DNA of 64,000 nucleotides from Dictyostelium discoideum (GCA_000004695.1 CM000151.3:5408001-5472000), one strand, 5' to 3'; positions 16,566 through 33,782 are shown, counted from the first letter of the stretch. The notes: generated from the letters alone by a model not told the origin. Program-made: numbers and translations.

Positions 16566-17954
16566 TTAAAGTTTAGCAGCATTTGGTTTTGAAGATAAGA
16601 ATCTACCGAGAACAAAAGCACCAGCACGAGCACCTTCAGATAAAGCGATAGCACCAGAAATCATCATTTCAATGGTTGGATCTACAGAACCTTTTGGAAG
16701 AGCTTTGAAGGTATTGATAGTTTTGTTATCGAGGACTTCCCAATTTCTGAGGATATTACCTTCTTGAGTTAAATCCATAGCGATGTGAACGTAGAAACCA
16801 GCACTTTCCATCATACTACGATAGGACATGAGAGAACCCATATGTGGAACAGAGTGATGAGCACAAATTGGTTCAATGAATTGAACGATATCTTTTTCAG
16901 TTGGTTTTTCACATTGTAACCATTCAGAACCAGACATACGACCACCTGGTTTTAAAACTCTGTAACATTCTTTGATGAAAGCTTGTTTATCTGGCATATG
17001 ACAAGTGGATTCAAAGAAAGTGACAACGTCAAAGGTGTTATCTGGGTATGGCATTTTCATGGCATCACCATGATCGAATGAGGCACGGTCAGAGACACCG
17101 AGGTCTTTGGCTCTTTGGGTGGCAATACCGACTTGTTTCTTATTGATGTTAAGACCACGGATTTTGCAACCAGTGTATTGACAGATTTCGAGGGTTGGAC
17201 CACCAACACCACAACCTACATCCAATACTAAACTGTCCTTGGTGATACGAGCGGAATCGGCAACAGAGTGTTCTAAACGTTTGACGGCGGTTTCTAATGG
17301 TTCAGTATCGGTTTTGAATGGAGCGAAATGGAAATGATTACCCCAACCACTTTGGTAGGTTTCAGTGACGATATCATAGTAATCACTGACCATGGTGTTG
17401 TAGTTTTCGACACGTTTCTCTTCCTTTAAACGGACACCTTCGAATTTTTCATCCTTGACAACGTCTTCTTGTGGGGCGATCTTAACGATTGAACCAGTTT
17501 CAACGGTTTTCTTGATTGATTCGAGGAAGGCATTCCAGGTGTGGGTCATTTCACGATTACCCATAGTACGAGCAAAACCAACTAAAAGTTTTGGAATTTC
17601 AATATCGGTTTCAATGTTGGCTTCTGCTGATAATGTGCATTTGTTGGCACCAGTTGATACAATGGTGTATTTACCATAGGATGACATGTTACCTCCTGTC
17701 ATGTTTTCCCATTGAACGGTGGTGGCGTTAACTTTGGTGTATTTGGCAATGTGAGTGGCTTTCATTTGAATTGAACCAACTTTACGTTCTTGCATGGTCC
17801 ATTTGTAGGTATTGGCATTAACCTTTACAACACTATCAACAAATGGATAACATTTGGCAACTGTTGGTACATCTAAAAGGAATGCAATAACTTTTTCTGC
17901 TGATTGATTAATTTCAATTGGTTTTGATTGATGATTAGTTTGAATTAATACCAT
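16566..17954 (-). CDS. Sterol 24-C-methyltransferase (Erg6/SMT)-type SAM-dependent methyltransferase with an N-terminal SRPBCC/CoxG-like ligand-binding domain, 462 aa, single exon.
   Basis: The C-terminal two-thirds matches Erg6/SMT1: YYDIVTETYQSGWGNHFHFAP, SAM motif I VLDVGCGVGGP, ...DAMKMPYPDNTFDVVTFFESTCHMPDK and YRVLKPGGRMSGSEW. The N-terminal ~150 aa (MVLIQTNHQSKPIEINQSAEKVIAFLLDVPTVAKCYPFVDSVVKV...) looks like a polyketide-cyclase/CoxG (SRPBCC) fold. Confidence 0.75.
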   Translation of the reverse strand: MVLIQTNHQSKPIEINQSAEKVIAFLLDVPTVAKCYPFVDSVVKVNANTYKWTMQERKVGSIQMKATHIAKYTKVNATTVQWENMTGGNMSSYGKYTIVSTGANKCTLSAEANIETDIEIPKLLVGFARTMGNREMTHTWNAFLESIKKTVETGSIVKIAPQEDVVKDEKFEGVRLKEEKRVENYNTMVSDYYDIVTETYQSGWGNHFHFAPFKTDTEPLETAVKRLEHSVADSARITKDSLVLDVGCGVGGPTLEICQYTGCKIRGLNINKKQVGIATQRAKDLGVSDRASFDHGDAMKMPYPDNTFDVVTFFESTCHMPDKQAFIKECYRVLKPGGRMSGSEWLQCEKPTEKDIVQFIEPICAHHSVPHMGSLMSYRSMMESAGFYVHIAMDLTQEGNILRNWEVLDNKTINTFKALPKGSVDPTIEMMISGAIALSEGARAGAFVLGRFLSSKPNAAKL

Positions 17955-18167
17955 TTTATTTTTTTTTGTTTTTTTAATTTAAAGGGTTATTGTATTTTGG
18001 TAGGAAAAAAAAAAAATAATAAATTATTTATAAATATAAATTATTTGAAATCCTTAAAAGACTCGGTTTGTTTTTAGATTATATTTATTTAAAAATTATT
18101 GATTTAAATTGAAATTTATTTATTTATAAAAATAAAAAAAACTCGTTTGCCGTTGAACAATGAAAAG

Positions 18168-18199
<32 letters not shown>

Positions 18200-18303
18200 A
18201 AAAAAAATCAGTCGAAAAAAAAAAAAAATAAAAAAAAAAAATAAAAATAAAAATAAAAAAAAAATATTTTTAAAATATCTAACAAGCCATCAATCACCAC
18301 CTC

Positions 18304-18344
<41 letters not shown>

Positions 18345-18477
18345 ATTAAAATTTCAAGTAATCCTTTTAAATTTACTAAATTATCTAATAATCCAAAATT
18401 AAAGCTTTTTTTTTTTTAAAAAAAAAAATAAAAAAAATAAATATTGATAACTTTTTACTTTTTTTTTTTTTATTTGA

Positions 18478-18668
18478 TTAAATTATAAATACATACTTGT
18501 GTTGTTCTACTAAATGTGTTGTTACACTTGATCTATCACCTTTAAATGTTGCTGGACACATTGGACAAATACATGTAAAATTTAGATTTATTCTTTCAGA
18601 ATGTTGTTATTCTAAAATTGAATTCTGTTTTTATTTTGTATTTGGTTAATAAAAACTTTAATTCTAAA

Positions 18669-18700
<32 letters not shown>

Positions 18701-19177
18701 AAACTTACCAATTGACCAGTTTGTAATTTTCTTCTAATGTCACCAAGTAAATAATAGTTTGTAACAGGTTCAGATTTTGAAGTTTGAGTTTGAACGACTG
18801 TTGTAAATTCTGTTAGTGGTTTACCAACAACAATTGCTTTTTCCAATTGGTTCTAAATAACCAACTAAATTTGTAATTTCATTAACATCAGCAATAACAA
18901 ATTTATGTTGATTGAAAATGTGTTCTAATATAGTTCTAGATTAAAATTCAAAATGAGAACATAATAAACATGGATATTTAATACCAGTAGTGTTTGTGTT
19001 GCTTGATACTACCGATGATGTTGATTCTGCATCTGATGCACTTAATCTTCTGCATCTGATGCACTTAATCTTCTGAATCTGATTGATTAATATTTAAATT
19101 ACTAATTGAACCTATTGTTGTTATTGTTATAGTTGTTGAATTTGTTGTTGCTGGGGTTATAATGGTTGGTATTTGTA

Positions 19178-19276
<99 letters not shown>

Positions 19277-19337
19277 AATCAAATGTTAATGATGATTTTA
19301 ATGGTTCAACAGTAGGCCATTTACTCCAATCTTGCAT
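18478..19337 (-). CDS. C2H2 zinc-finger protein gene, multi-exon, structure unresolved and possibly disrupted.
   Basis: Minus-strand exons encode an N/T-rich N-terminus (ORF 19065..19337), then ...YPCLLCSHFEF*SRTILEHIFNQHKFVIADVNEITNLVGYLEPIGK, then NQLEKAIVVGKPLTEFTTVVQTQTSKSEPVTNYYLLGDIRRKLQTGQL followed by a GTAAGT donor. A terminal exon is LNFTCICPMCPATFKGDRSSVTTHLVEQHK, a complete C-x2-C-x12-H-x4-H finger. An in-frame TAA falls inside the first finger, pieces sit in different frames, and a 23-bp unit (ctgcatctgatgcacttaatctt) is tandemly duplicated at 19027..19072. Confidence 0.3.
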
Positions 19338-19802
19338 TTTTAATTTATAAATTTATATGTGTGAAAATGAATGTTTACAATAAATGAATAAACAAGGAAC
19401 TGTAATTTTGAGAAAAATAAAAAATTTTAGATTAAACTAGTGTTCGCCAATTTCCGGAAAAAAATTCAAATTATGGTGGAAAATGGAAAATGGAAGATTT
19501 TCCACCATATTTATAAATAATAGAATTAATTGGAAAAAAGATTATAAAAAAAAAAAAAATAGAAAAAATAAAAATAAAAAAAAATATTTTTAAAATATCT
19601 AACACAGTGTAAGCCATCAATCACCACCCCAAAAAAAAAAAAAAAAAAAAAAAAAAATAATTAAAATTACTGTAATTTTTGGGATAGCAACACTTTATTT
19701 TTTATTAAAACTTGGCATTACCAAAATAACCAAAAAAAAAAAAAAAAAAAAATTAAGGTGTACTTAATAAGATAATTTTAGGATAAAAAAAATTAAAACA
19801 TT

Positions 19803-19837
<35 letters not shown>

Positions 19838-20575
19838 TAAGTCCTCTTTTTGTATACTTAAATTTGCAACTCCAGTATCTTAATTCCTTTTATGTTTTTG
19901 AAATAAAATTTTTTTGTTAGTTTTGATTTTTTTAAATCTTGAAAAATTATTAAGGTTATATTTTTTACTTTTCAATATTATAATTATTATTATTATTTTT
20001 TACTTTTCAATATTATTATTATTAATATTTTATCACAATTTATTTTTTTCAATTTTTTTTTTTTTTTTTTTTTTTTAAAAAATTTTTATTAAAAAAAAAA
20101 ATTTTTGAAATTATCCAAATCTTTTTTTTTTTTTTCTTTTTTTTTTTTTTTAAAAAATTAACACCACAACAACCACCCAAACCTCACACCTTTTTCTTTT
20201 TTTCTTTTTTTTTCTTTTTTTTTCCACATATCCTTTTTATTTATATTCTTTTTCTTTTGTAATACTTTGGTTATAAGAAAAGATATCACAATAAAAAAAA
20301 AAACACAAAAAAAAAAAAAACACAAAAAAAAACAAAAAAAAAAAAACAACACAACTCATACTCACTGCCACACCACACCTCGCATCTTTCACTCACACCC
20401 TTCAACTGTTTAAACACTACATATATCATCTATATATATATTTTTTTTTTTCATTCACATACAATTGTATATTTTTTCCTTTTTTTTTTTTTTTTTTTTT
20501 TTTGTTTTTTTCCTCTTATAAACAATTATTTAATTTTATTATTTTAAATATTTTTTTTCTTCTTTCAAATAAAAA

Positions 20576-22860
20576 ATGTCGGCAACCAAAATTCACAACA
20601 GTTATAACGATGTGTAAGTAAAATTTTTTTTTTTTTATTTATTTTTTTTTAATAATACATATTTCTTTTTTATTTTTTTATTTTTCTCTTTTTCTTTTTA
20701 TTTTTTTTTATTTTTTTTGTTATTTTTCATAAAAAATAAACAAATATATAAATAAAAAAAAAAAAAAACTAATATTAAATTTTTTTTATTTATTTTTTTT
20801 ATTTAAATAGACCATCAGCAGTTTTACATATTAGATCAATTCCACAAGGTACAACAGAAAATGATTTATTTAAAATTACATTTGATCATAAATTTGGAAA
20901 ATGTGTTTCAGTTAGAATTTTAGAAAGATTTCATCAAGCACTTTTAGAGATGGATTCAGTTGAGAGTGCAACCAGACTTTTGAAATACAGCCAAAAGAAT
21001 TCATTACTTTTACACGGTAAACCAGTTCAAATCTCTTTCTCAAAAAGTCAATCAATCAATCAACCAACACCACAATCACCAACCAATACCACCACCACCA
21101 CTAATACTACCTCATCATCATCATCATCTCACCGTTCATCACCATCATCATCATCTTATAATGGATTACCACAAGCTGGTAGTCGTCAATCAAATTTTTC
21201 ACCAAATACAAATAATAGTGCACCAATTGCAGGTACAGTATTATTAAGTACAATTGAAAATCCAGGTTCAAACAGTATTACAATCGATCACCTTTATCAT
21301 GTATTCTCTTCATGTGGTGAGGTATTGAGAATCGTTATGTTTAACAAGAACAATTTACAAGCCCTCATTGAATTTTCAACTGTTGAAAGTGCACTCCATG
21401 CAAAGAAAACACTTTCAAATCATAGTCTTTTCCATGGTGGTCAATGTACATTGAAATTAGAGGTCTCAAAAACTGATCGTTTAAATATCACTCAAAATAC
21501 AGACAGAGCAAAGGATTTCTCAAAATCATTACCAACAGTTAATCAATCATCATCATCATCATCACAACAACAATCTTATTATCAATCTAATGGTAATAAT
21601 AACAATAATAATCAACAACAACAACATAGTAATAATCATCACCACCAATCATCATCATCACCATCTCAAGGCAGTCATCACCATCATCACAATAATAACA
21701 ACAACAATAATCACCATAGTCATCATCATTCATCACCATCACAACATCCACATCATAGTGGATCAGTTTCAACTAATCAACAAATTGGTAATCATCATAG
21801 TCATCATCATGGACATAACCATCATGGTGGTAGTCATCATCATCATAATCATCAAAATGGTGGCAATATTGGTCATCATAGAACCACAGTGTTATTAGTA
21901 CATGGTCTTGATGAAGCTGTTATGACATGTGATCGTATTTTCAATCTTTTCTGTGTCTATGGTAACGTACAAAGAGTAAAGATTCTTTCATCCAAAAAAG
22001 GTGCAGCATTGGTGCAAATGGAAGATGTTCAACAAGCAGAAGCAGTCATTAGATTCTATCACCAAATGCCACTATTCAAAGATACCCTTCAAATCAATTA
22101 CTCCAAACATCTATCAATCACAGATTCTCACAATCCAGAATCACCAACACTCTCAAAGGATTTTGCTCAATCCAATTTGAATCGTTTCACTCATCCAATC
22201 AATACCTACAAACATTTGTATAAACCATCACAAACTTTATACTTTTCAAATGTTCCAAAGGATTTCACAGAGACAAATTTCAATCAATTATTCCAATCTT
22301 TAAACCTTCAAAAACCAGTTGGTTTCAAAATCTTCTCTGCTCAATTGGCCCCTGGTGCTTCATCAGTACCAACTGTCGCTTCACCAACCACTCCAACTGG
22401 TGTTGTCACTGGTGTCTCTTCACCAAGTGTCAATGGTGGCGGTGCTGGTAGTGGTGCTTCAACTGTTGGTACAAACATTGCCAATAACACTACTACCTCT
22501 GTAAATGGAATTAGTAGTAATAGCTCAACACCTGAACCATCAAAACATGCCGATAAAATCGTTGGTCTTTTAGAGTTCTCTTCACCAGCTAATGCAATCG
22601 ATGCTTTGGTACTTTTAAATAACTCTGTTTTACCAAATTCAAATCATATGGGTTTAAGACTTTCATTTAGTAACTCTACAGTTTTACCAAAATCTTCAAC
22701 AAGTAATAATAATAATAATAATACTAATAACACCACCACCACTTCCACCAACACCAATAATAATAATAGCAACAATATCGCCTCACCACAACAACCACAA
22801 CAATTCCAACAACCACAACAACCACAACAACAATCTCCAACAACTCAAAAACTTTTTTAA
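20576..22860 (+). CDS. PTB/hnRNP-L family RNA-binding protein with four RRMs. Two exons, join(20576..20613,20811..22860).
   Basis: Exon 1 (MSATKIHNSYNDV, donor GTAAGT at 20614, phase 2) splices to an AG acceptor at 20809-20810. The protein carries RRM1 PSAVLHIRSIPQGTTENDLFKI...CVSVRILERFHQALLEMDSVESA, RRM2 ITIDHLYHVFSSCGEVLRIVMFNKNNLQALIEFSTVESALHAKKTL (the PTB RRM2 pattern), RRM3 TVLLVHGLDEAVMTCDRIFNLFCVYGNVQRVKILSSKKGAALVQMED and RRM4 TLYFSNVPKDF...LEFSSPANAIDALVLLNN. Long His/Asn/Gln/Ser linkers separate them. Confidence 0.8.
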
Positions 22861-22951
22861 ATTTTCTGTCTCAAATTTTTTTTTTTTAAAAACAAAAAAA
22901 AAAAAAAAAAAATACCTTTTTTCCATAAAAAACAAATATAAAAAAAAAACC

Positions 22952-22983
<32 letters not shown>

Positions 22984-23260
22984 AAAAAATAAATAATCAT
23001 ATATAATAATATCATATATAATCGACTAAAAACAAAATAAAAATAAAAATAAAAATAAAAAAAATAATTAAAAAGAAAAAAAAAAAACTAAATATTTTTT
23101 TTTTAAAACTTTTTTTTCTTTATTTCTTTTTTTTTTTTTTTTTTTTTTCTTTTTTTTTTTATGTTTAATACAAAAAAGATTGGTATTACAAATATAGATA
23201 GTATTCTTTTTATCTTGATTTTTTTTTAATTATTTATCATAATGTTTTTTTTTTTTTCTT

Positions 23261-23501
23261 TTATAAAATTAAAACTAATAAAACTGATAAAATTAAAACC
23301 ATAATACTGATTTGATTTCTAGTGGCACTACCTTCAAAAGTTCCATTAACATTTTTAACCAATTGGAAATCAGTTAAATTGAATGCTCTATGATCCCAAA
23401 GATCACTTTGCATTCCAAATGAAATTTCAAATTTATTTGGATTATCTTCGCAATAACTATAGTTTAAAAATAATAAAATAAAATTAATTGGTTTTAATTT
23501 T

Positions 23502-23535
<34 letters not shown>

Positions 23536-24380
23536 ACTTACTTAATAATATAAAGATAAGAATCAAAAATATCTTGAATTGAAGATAAATCAAATTTCTT
23601 TTCAAAATTTGGATAATAACGAATATAAATACTTTCTCTATTACCATTATAGAATAAACCATCAGTTGGAGTGAAATCTAATTTTTCCATGTAAAAATTT
23701 TTATCGAAACCAATTTCTTCTAATTTACGAACAGATTCACTATTGTTTTGAAGGTTACATGGAGTGATTCTAATATTGAAATCACCGGCTGGGAAGAGAG
23801 CCTTTGCCCAAGCACATTTTGAATGGAGTGCATATTTATCAGGTACACGACGACTAGTTCTAAAACCTGGATTAAAATCACATTTATAACCGGCTTGTGC
23901 TTTAATTCTAGAGTAAACTACTGGTTCATAGACTTTGGTTTCACCAAATCCTTTGGTAGGTTTCATAAATCTACTCCATGATTCAACCATGTCAACTGGT
24001 TTATCAACCATTGTATCAATGTCAAATACTGTTGAGAAATCTACACTACAATAGATTTCCTCTGCGTTATAGGTGATGGTACCATTGGAAAAAACTTGAA
24101 GACAATCAATTTCATAAACAAAACGTGATAATTCCTTTTTAAGTGATGGTTGACAATTGAAATTAACTGGATAATTAAATACTACATCTCCAGAAAAATA
24201 TAATTTAGCACCAAATGGTATTTGTATTATATCTTCACTTGTAAATTTATCTTGAGTAAAATAATATTGTTGTGATGTCTCATTACATGATGTTGCAGTT
24301 AATCCACCAATTGTACAATTATCTGATTTAACTTTATTAAAAATAAATAATAATAATGTTAAATAAAAAATTATTCTCAT
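23261..24380 (-). CDS. Secreted / probably GPI-anchored Cys-containing protein of unknown family. Two exons, join(24380..23542,23456..23261).
   Basis: N-terminal signal peptide (MRIIFYLTLLLFIFNKVKS), several N-glycosylation sequons and a hydrophobic C-terminus (IMVLILSVLLVLIL) after a Ser/Ala-rich spacer. ORFs 23538..24380 and 23261..23662 join through a phase-2 intron (GTAAGT at 23541, acceptor AG at 23458-23457) giving ...DSYLYII|NYCEDNPNKFEISFG.... Confidence 0.6.
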
Positions 24381-25011
24381 TTTTATTTATTTTTTTTATA
24401 ATTTTTTTATAAAAAATATATATATTATTTTTTTATATTAATTAATAGTTTAATAATTTTTATTAATAATAATAATTGGTTTTATGTTAAAAAAAATTAA
24501 TTTTGGTTTTTTTTTTTTTTTTTTTTTTTTTTTGAATAAAAAAAAATAATTATAATTTTGTATTAAATATTTATTTATATCAAGTGTGTATTAGGTGTGT
24601 TGTGTGCGTGTGTGAGAGTGTGAATTACAATGTAGTAATATAATAAATTATTATTGAGAAAATAAAAAAATAAAGAAAAAAAAAAAGTTTTTTTTTTGTT
24701 TTTTTTTTTCTTTCTTTCTTTTTTTTTTTTTTTTTTATTTGGAATAATTATTTAAAATGATTAAAATTAAAATAAGTAAAACTCTTTTTTTTTTTTTTTT
24801 TCTTTTTTTTTTTTTATATTTTGGGTTTAAAAAAAAAAAATTTTTAAAAAAAAATATTTTTTTTAAAAAAAACAAAATTTTAAATAAATTGAAAATAGAT
24901 GAATTTTTTTTTAATAAAGTTTGAATTTTGTGTGGTTTAAACACTTTAAATGTTTTATTATTATTTGATTTTTTTTTTTACCAGCGAAAGGATGGATTGA
25001 TATTAATTAAA

Positions 25012-25044
<33 letters not shown>

Positions 25045-25242
25045 GTGGTTATTTTTTTTTTTTTTTTTTTTTTTTTTGATTTAACTATATATATATATTA
25101 ATAGTGTGCCATTATTGTTTTAAAATACACACTGAGATATGATAATTTTAAAGAGGTAATTTTTTTGAATTGTTTTATTTTTTTTTGGGTATATCAAATT
25201 GATTTAAAATAATTTACTTAAAACAAAAAAAAAAAAAAAAAT

Positions 25243-25273
<31 letters not shown>

Positions 25274-25529
25274 TTTTGTAAGGAAATATTTAAAAAACAA
25301 ATAAAATATAATATAAATGTTAGTGGTTTAATTTGTGTGTGTTATTAATTTTATAAATTTATTGTAAACAACATCTTATTATTTGAATGATTATAATATG
25401 TTTTATTTTATTAAAAAAAATAATATTGTTAAAAAAAAATATGTTCCTATATGTAATCTAGGGATATAAAAACAAAAAAATATAAAAAAATAAATTTAAA
25501 AAATATTTTAATAAAGGTTCTAGTTTTAG

Positions 25530-25569
<40 letters not shown>

Positions 25570-25700
25570 TTTTTTTTTTTTTTTATCACTATAAACGAAA
25601 AAATATTATAAGGTCTTAAATTCATATATGAATTATTAAAATTATTTTTTTATTATACAATTTTTTTTATTTTAATGGAATATACACAATTTTTGTATTA

Positions 25701-25753
<53 letters not shown>

Positions 25754-26559
25754 ATGGAATCTGTAATCTATTATATTAAAAAGTATTCAATCAAAAATAA
25801 CAACCTTTATTTTAATTTACTTTTTTAATACATAAAATATATTTATTATTTAATTATTTGGAATTCATTGATATTAAATCTTTTAATATATTAAGAGTTT
25901 TGCGAAATATGTAGATTAAGTATAAAACAAGAAGTGATTCAGGCGCATAAAATAACAACCTTAACATTTCAATTTTTTTAAACAAATAATTAAAGATAAG
26001 ATAATGATATTGGTTAGAACACAATCAAAATTTAATAAAAAAAAAAAAAAAAATAATAATAATTATTATTAAAAAATAAATATATAATACAAATAAAAAA
26101 AATAAATTAATAAAAAACCAATAATATTTTTATAAAAAAAAGTTAAATTAAATTTAATAAAAAGAAAATATCATAAAAAGAGTAGAATCAAATATAAAGA
26201 AATTGATTATAATAATTAAAATCTGGATCTTAATTTTTAAGTTCCTTCATTTGACCTAATTTTCTTTATTATTTTTTGTAAAGTGTTTAAATAAATTTGA
26301 TTGCATAATAGTTTTTTTTATTTTATTTAATTTTTTTTATTAACTAATTAATTAAACAATTTTTTCTTTTTTTTTTTTTTCTTTTTTTTTTTATTATTTT
26401 TTTTTTTTTTTCTTCCAAAAATCCTAACAAAAAAAACAATACCAACAAAAAATTTAAAAAAAAGAAACATGAATATAAATTTTTTTTTTTTTTTTTTCTA
26501 TTTTATGTACATTTATTTTCAAACTTGATATTATTATTTAAAAAAGAATTGTGTTTAGG

Positions 26560-26595
<36 letters not shown>

Positions 26596-26708
26596 AAGGT
26601 AAACTAAATACTTTCTTTTTTTAAATTTTATATCTTTCAATTTGTTTTTTTTTTTTTGTTTTTGTTTTTTTTTGAATTGTTTTAAAAAATTATGTTATTA
26701 AAACTCTG

Positions 26709-27080
26709 TTTAAGCAGAGGCCATTGCTGGGAAACACTCTTCAAATTTATTCTTTGGGTGTTTGTTATCAGAGTGGATTCTGAGTTCAGTTTCTTTAGCA
26801 GTACATAAAAAGCTTGCTCTACAAATGTTACAAATTGTAGTTTTAGCAGCTTCGTTGGTTTTTAGTTGACTTTTGGCACTTGAAGCACCTTCGTTTCTCT
26901 TTAAATTTCTTTCTCTCTTTTGTTGAGCTTTGGCACCGTTTCCTATAATTATTTTTTATTTTTTTATTTTTAATTCATGTTAATATATTTTTCTTCTTTT
27001 TATTTTTGTTTATAATTTTAAAAAAAAAAAAAAAAAAAGATAAAAAAAAAATAGATAAAAATATATTTACCTGATGGCAT
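26709..27080 (-). CDS. ZNF706-like protein (4F5/SERF-type N-terminus plus one C2H2 finger). Two exons, join(27080..27071,26942..26709), with an apparent 1-nt frameshift.
   Basis: Exon 1 is ATGCCATCAG with a GTAAAT donor, and the acceptor is tatag. The N-terminal frame gives MPSGNGAKAQQKRERNLKRNEGAS... (compare MARGQQKIQSQQKNAKKQ). The +1 frame gives ...SAKSQLKTNEAAKTTICNICRASFLCTAKETELRIHSDNKHPKNKFEECFPAMASA* (compare AAKAALIYTCTVCRTQMPDPKTFKQHFESKHPK). The two frames swap at the run caaag, around 26873..26885. Confidence 0.5.
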
Positions 27081-27278
27081 TGTTGTATATGTATGAATGT
27101 GTGATAAGTTGGAAAAAAAAAAAAATAAAAAAAAATTTTGAAATTTTTAAAAAAAAAAAAAAAAGAAAAAAAAAAGAATAAAAATAAAATAAAAAAAAAA
27201 TTTAAAATAAAAATAAAAATAAAAAAAAAAAAAATTGAAATTAAGTAATCACCAAATTTTGTTTGTTAATTATCTAAA

Positions 27279-27310
<32 letters not shown>

Positions 27311-27451
27311 TATTTTTTAAACATTTTAATTTAAAATTTTAATCTTTTATTATTAAATTTTAAAAATTGACTTTGTTTTTTTTTTTTTGTTATTTTTTTA
27401 AAATAATATTTTTATTATTACAAGTTTTTTTTTTTTTTTTTTCCAGCTTTT

Positions 27452-31452
<4,001 letters not shown>

Positions 31453-32342
31453 TATTTGTTTTTTTTATGTGTATTTATTTTGTTTTTTTTTTTTTTTTTT
31501 ATTTTATTAAGAGAAAAAAAAAAAAAAAAAAAAAAAAAAGAGAGAGAAAATTTTGATAAATTAATGTGGTTTTGGATTGACTTAAAAATTTAAAAAAATA
31601 AAATTAAAAAAACAAAAAAAAATAAAAAAAAATAAAAAAATAAATTAAAATAATAATAAAAAAAAAAAAAAAAATTATGGGATTTGAAAAAATAAATTAA
31701 AAAAAAGAAATAAAACTTATTTTTTGTTTTTTTTTTTTTTTTTTTTTTTTGAGTTAAAATTGTTAATTGTTAATTTTTTTTTTTTGATTCACTAAATTAA
31801 TTTTGGTCCAAATTTAAATTTAGGAAAATGGATTGGTTTTACCAAATTGACTCAATTATGGAAATAAAATAAAATATAATATATAAAAAAAAATAGAAAA
31901 AAAATAAAAAAATTCTGAGAATTAAAAATAAATAAAAAAAAAATAAAATAAAATAAAAAATAAATAAATTTGAAAAAAAAAAAAAAGAAAAAAAAATCTT
32001 TTTTTTTTTAAATTTTTTCTTTTTTTTTTTTTTATTTTTTATTTTATTAAATTATTTATTTATTTTATAAACTATAAAAAACAAAAAAGAACCTTAAATA
32101 TACAAATAGAAAAGAAGTTTTTCCTAAATAACAATTTTATAATAAAAATAAATCACAAATCACAAAATAACCAATAAAGAGTATTTTTTAATTATTAATA
32201 ATAATAATAATAATAATATTAATAATAAAAAAAATAATTGATACTTTTTTTTTTTTTTTCAAAAAAAAAAAAAAAAAAAAAAAAAAAGAAAAAATTTTTT
32301 TTTTTTTTTAATTAAAATTTTCAAAAAAAAAAAAAATATTAA

Positions 32343-32376
<34 letters not shown>

Positions 32377-32438
32377 GATATACATATTCAAATACACACA
32401 CATTCCTACACAAATTCACAGATACAAAATAATAAATA

Positions 32439-32806
32439 ATGTCCGAAACTAGAGATGTAAGGTACTTTGCTGATTTTATAAAGAATACTCCAAACAATGA
32501 ACCAAAGGAAGTGATCACAGTGGTGGGCCATGTCCTTCAATGTCTTGAAGAAAGTGAGGATTTCTTTTTTAATTTTGAAAAGTTTTCAGAAATGGTTGAA
32601 GTACTCTGGTTTAAATTGTAAGTAAAAAATATAATAGAAAATCTATATTTTGTTTTTTAATTTTATAGTTTTTTTTTCTTTTTATTTCAAATACTAATAT
32701 ATTACTTTTTTTATTTTTATTTTTATTTTTATTTTTATTTTTATTTTTATTTTTATTTTTATTTTTATTTTTATTTTTATTTTTTTCTCTTTTACTACTA
32801 TTCTTC

Positions 32807-32840
<34 letters not shown>

Positions 32841-33747
32841 TTATTATTATCCTTTTATACACAGAGGTCAAAATCCAAATCATAATGATTTAATTCAAAG
32901 AGTTGATCAATTTTTCAAAAAGATTATACAAATCATCTCAACTAGAATATCACAAAGTGAAGATTTTTCATCAGAGAATTTAAAGGTATTAAATTTAATA
33001 TTTTCACCAAAACCATCAGGTTATCGTGAATATAGATATCAAGAGAATGGAGATGATATTTCATCTAAATTATCAAGTTTTGAAGCAAATGGTTTTTTTG
33101 AAGGTGGTGGTCTTAATTGTTTAATTAACAGAATAGAGAAATTTAAACATTCATTTGAAAATTTAAAAAAGATTGTAAATACAATCAAAAAGGTATGTGT
33201 TTCACTTTATTTTACTTTTTTTTTTTTTTTTTCTTTTTTTTTTCATAAAAATTTTTTAAAAAAATTCCAAAAAAAAAAGTTCAAAAAAAAAAATTCAAAA
33301 AAATTCAAAAAATAGGACAATCACTAAATATTATCTTTTTTTTTTTTTTTCTTCTTTTCTATTTTTAGATTACAAAAAAAGTTGAAAAAGTTGAAGCACA
33401 AACTGTTGAACATTTAATAAAGATTGTATTCCAAAAGATATTAGGAGCTACTGATGAAGAGTTTAAGAATGAAAATAAGAAAGATTTAGATTTAATTATC
33501 AAACATCTTTCTGGAATAGTTAATAATTTACAATATGAACAAGGCCATAATAGTGGTACACTTCAAGATATGATTCATCAACAAGGTTTAATGGTTTCAT
33601 TAAAGTGTTTTAAATCACCATCTCTCTTTCAAAGAAATGCGGGTCTCAATGATATAATTAGATTTTGTAAATCAGAAAGTAATAGTAACAATAGTAGTTT
33701 TATGTTAAGAAATCAACAATTTTCAATTTATGTAGCACCACAGTAAG

Positions 33748-33782
<35 letters not shown>

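Noticed and set aside
20158-20352. ORF 20158..20352 (-) upstream of the PTB gene
   Set aside because: Poly-Phe/Lys translation of the T/A-rich promoter region.
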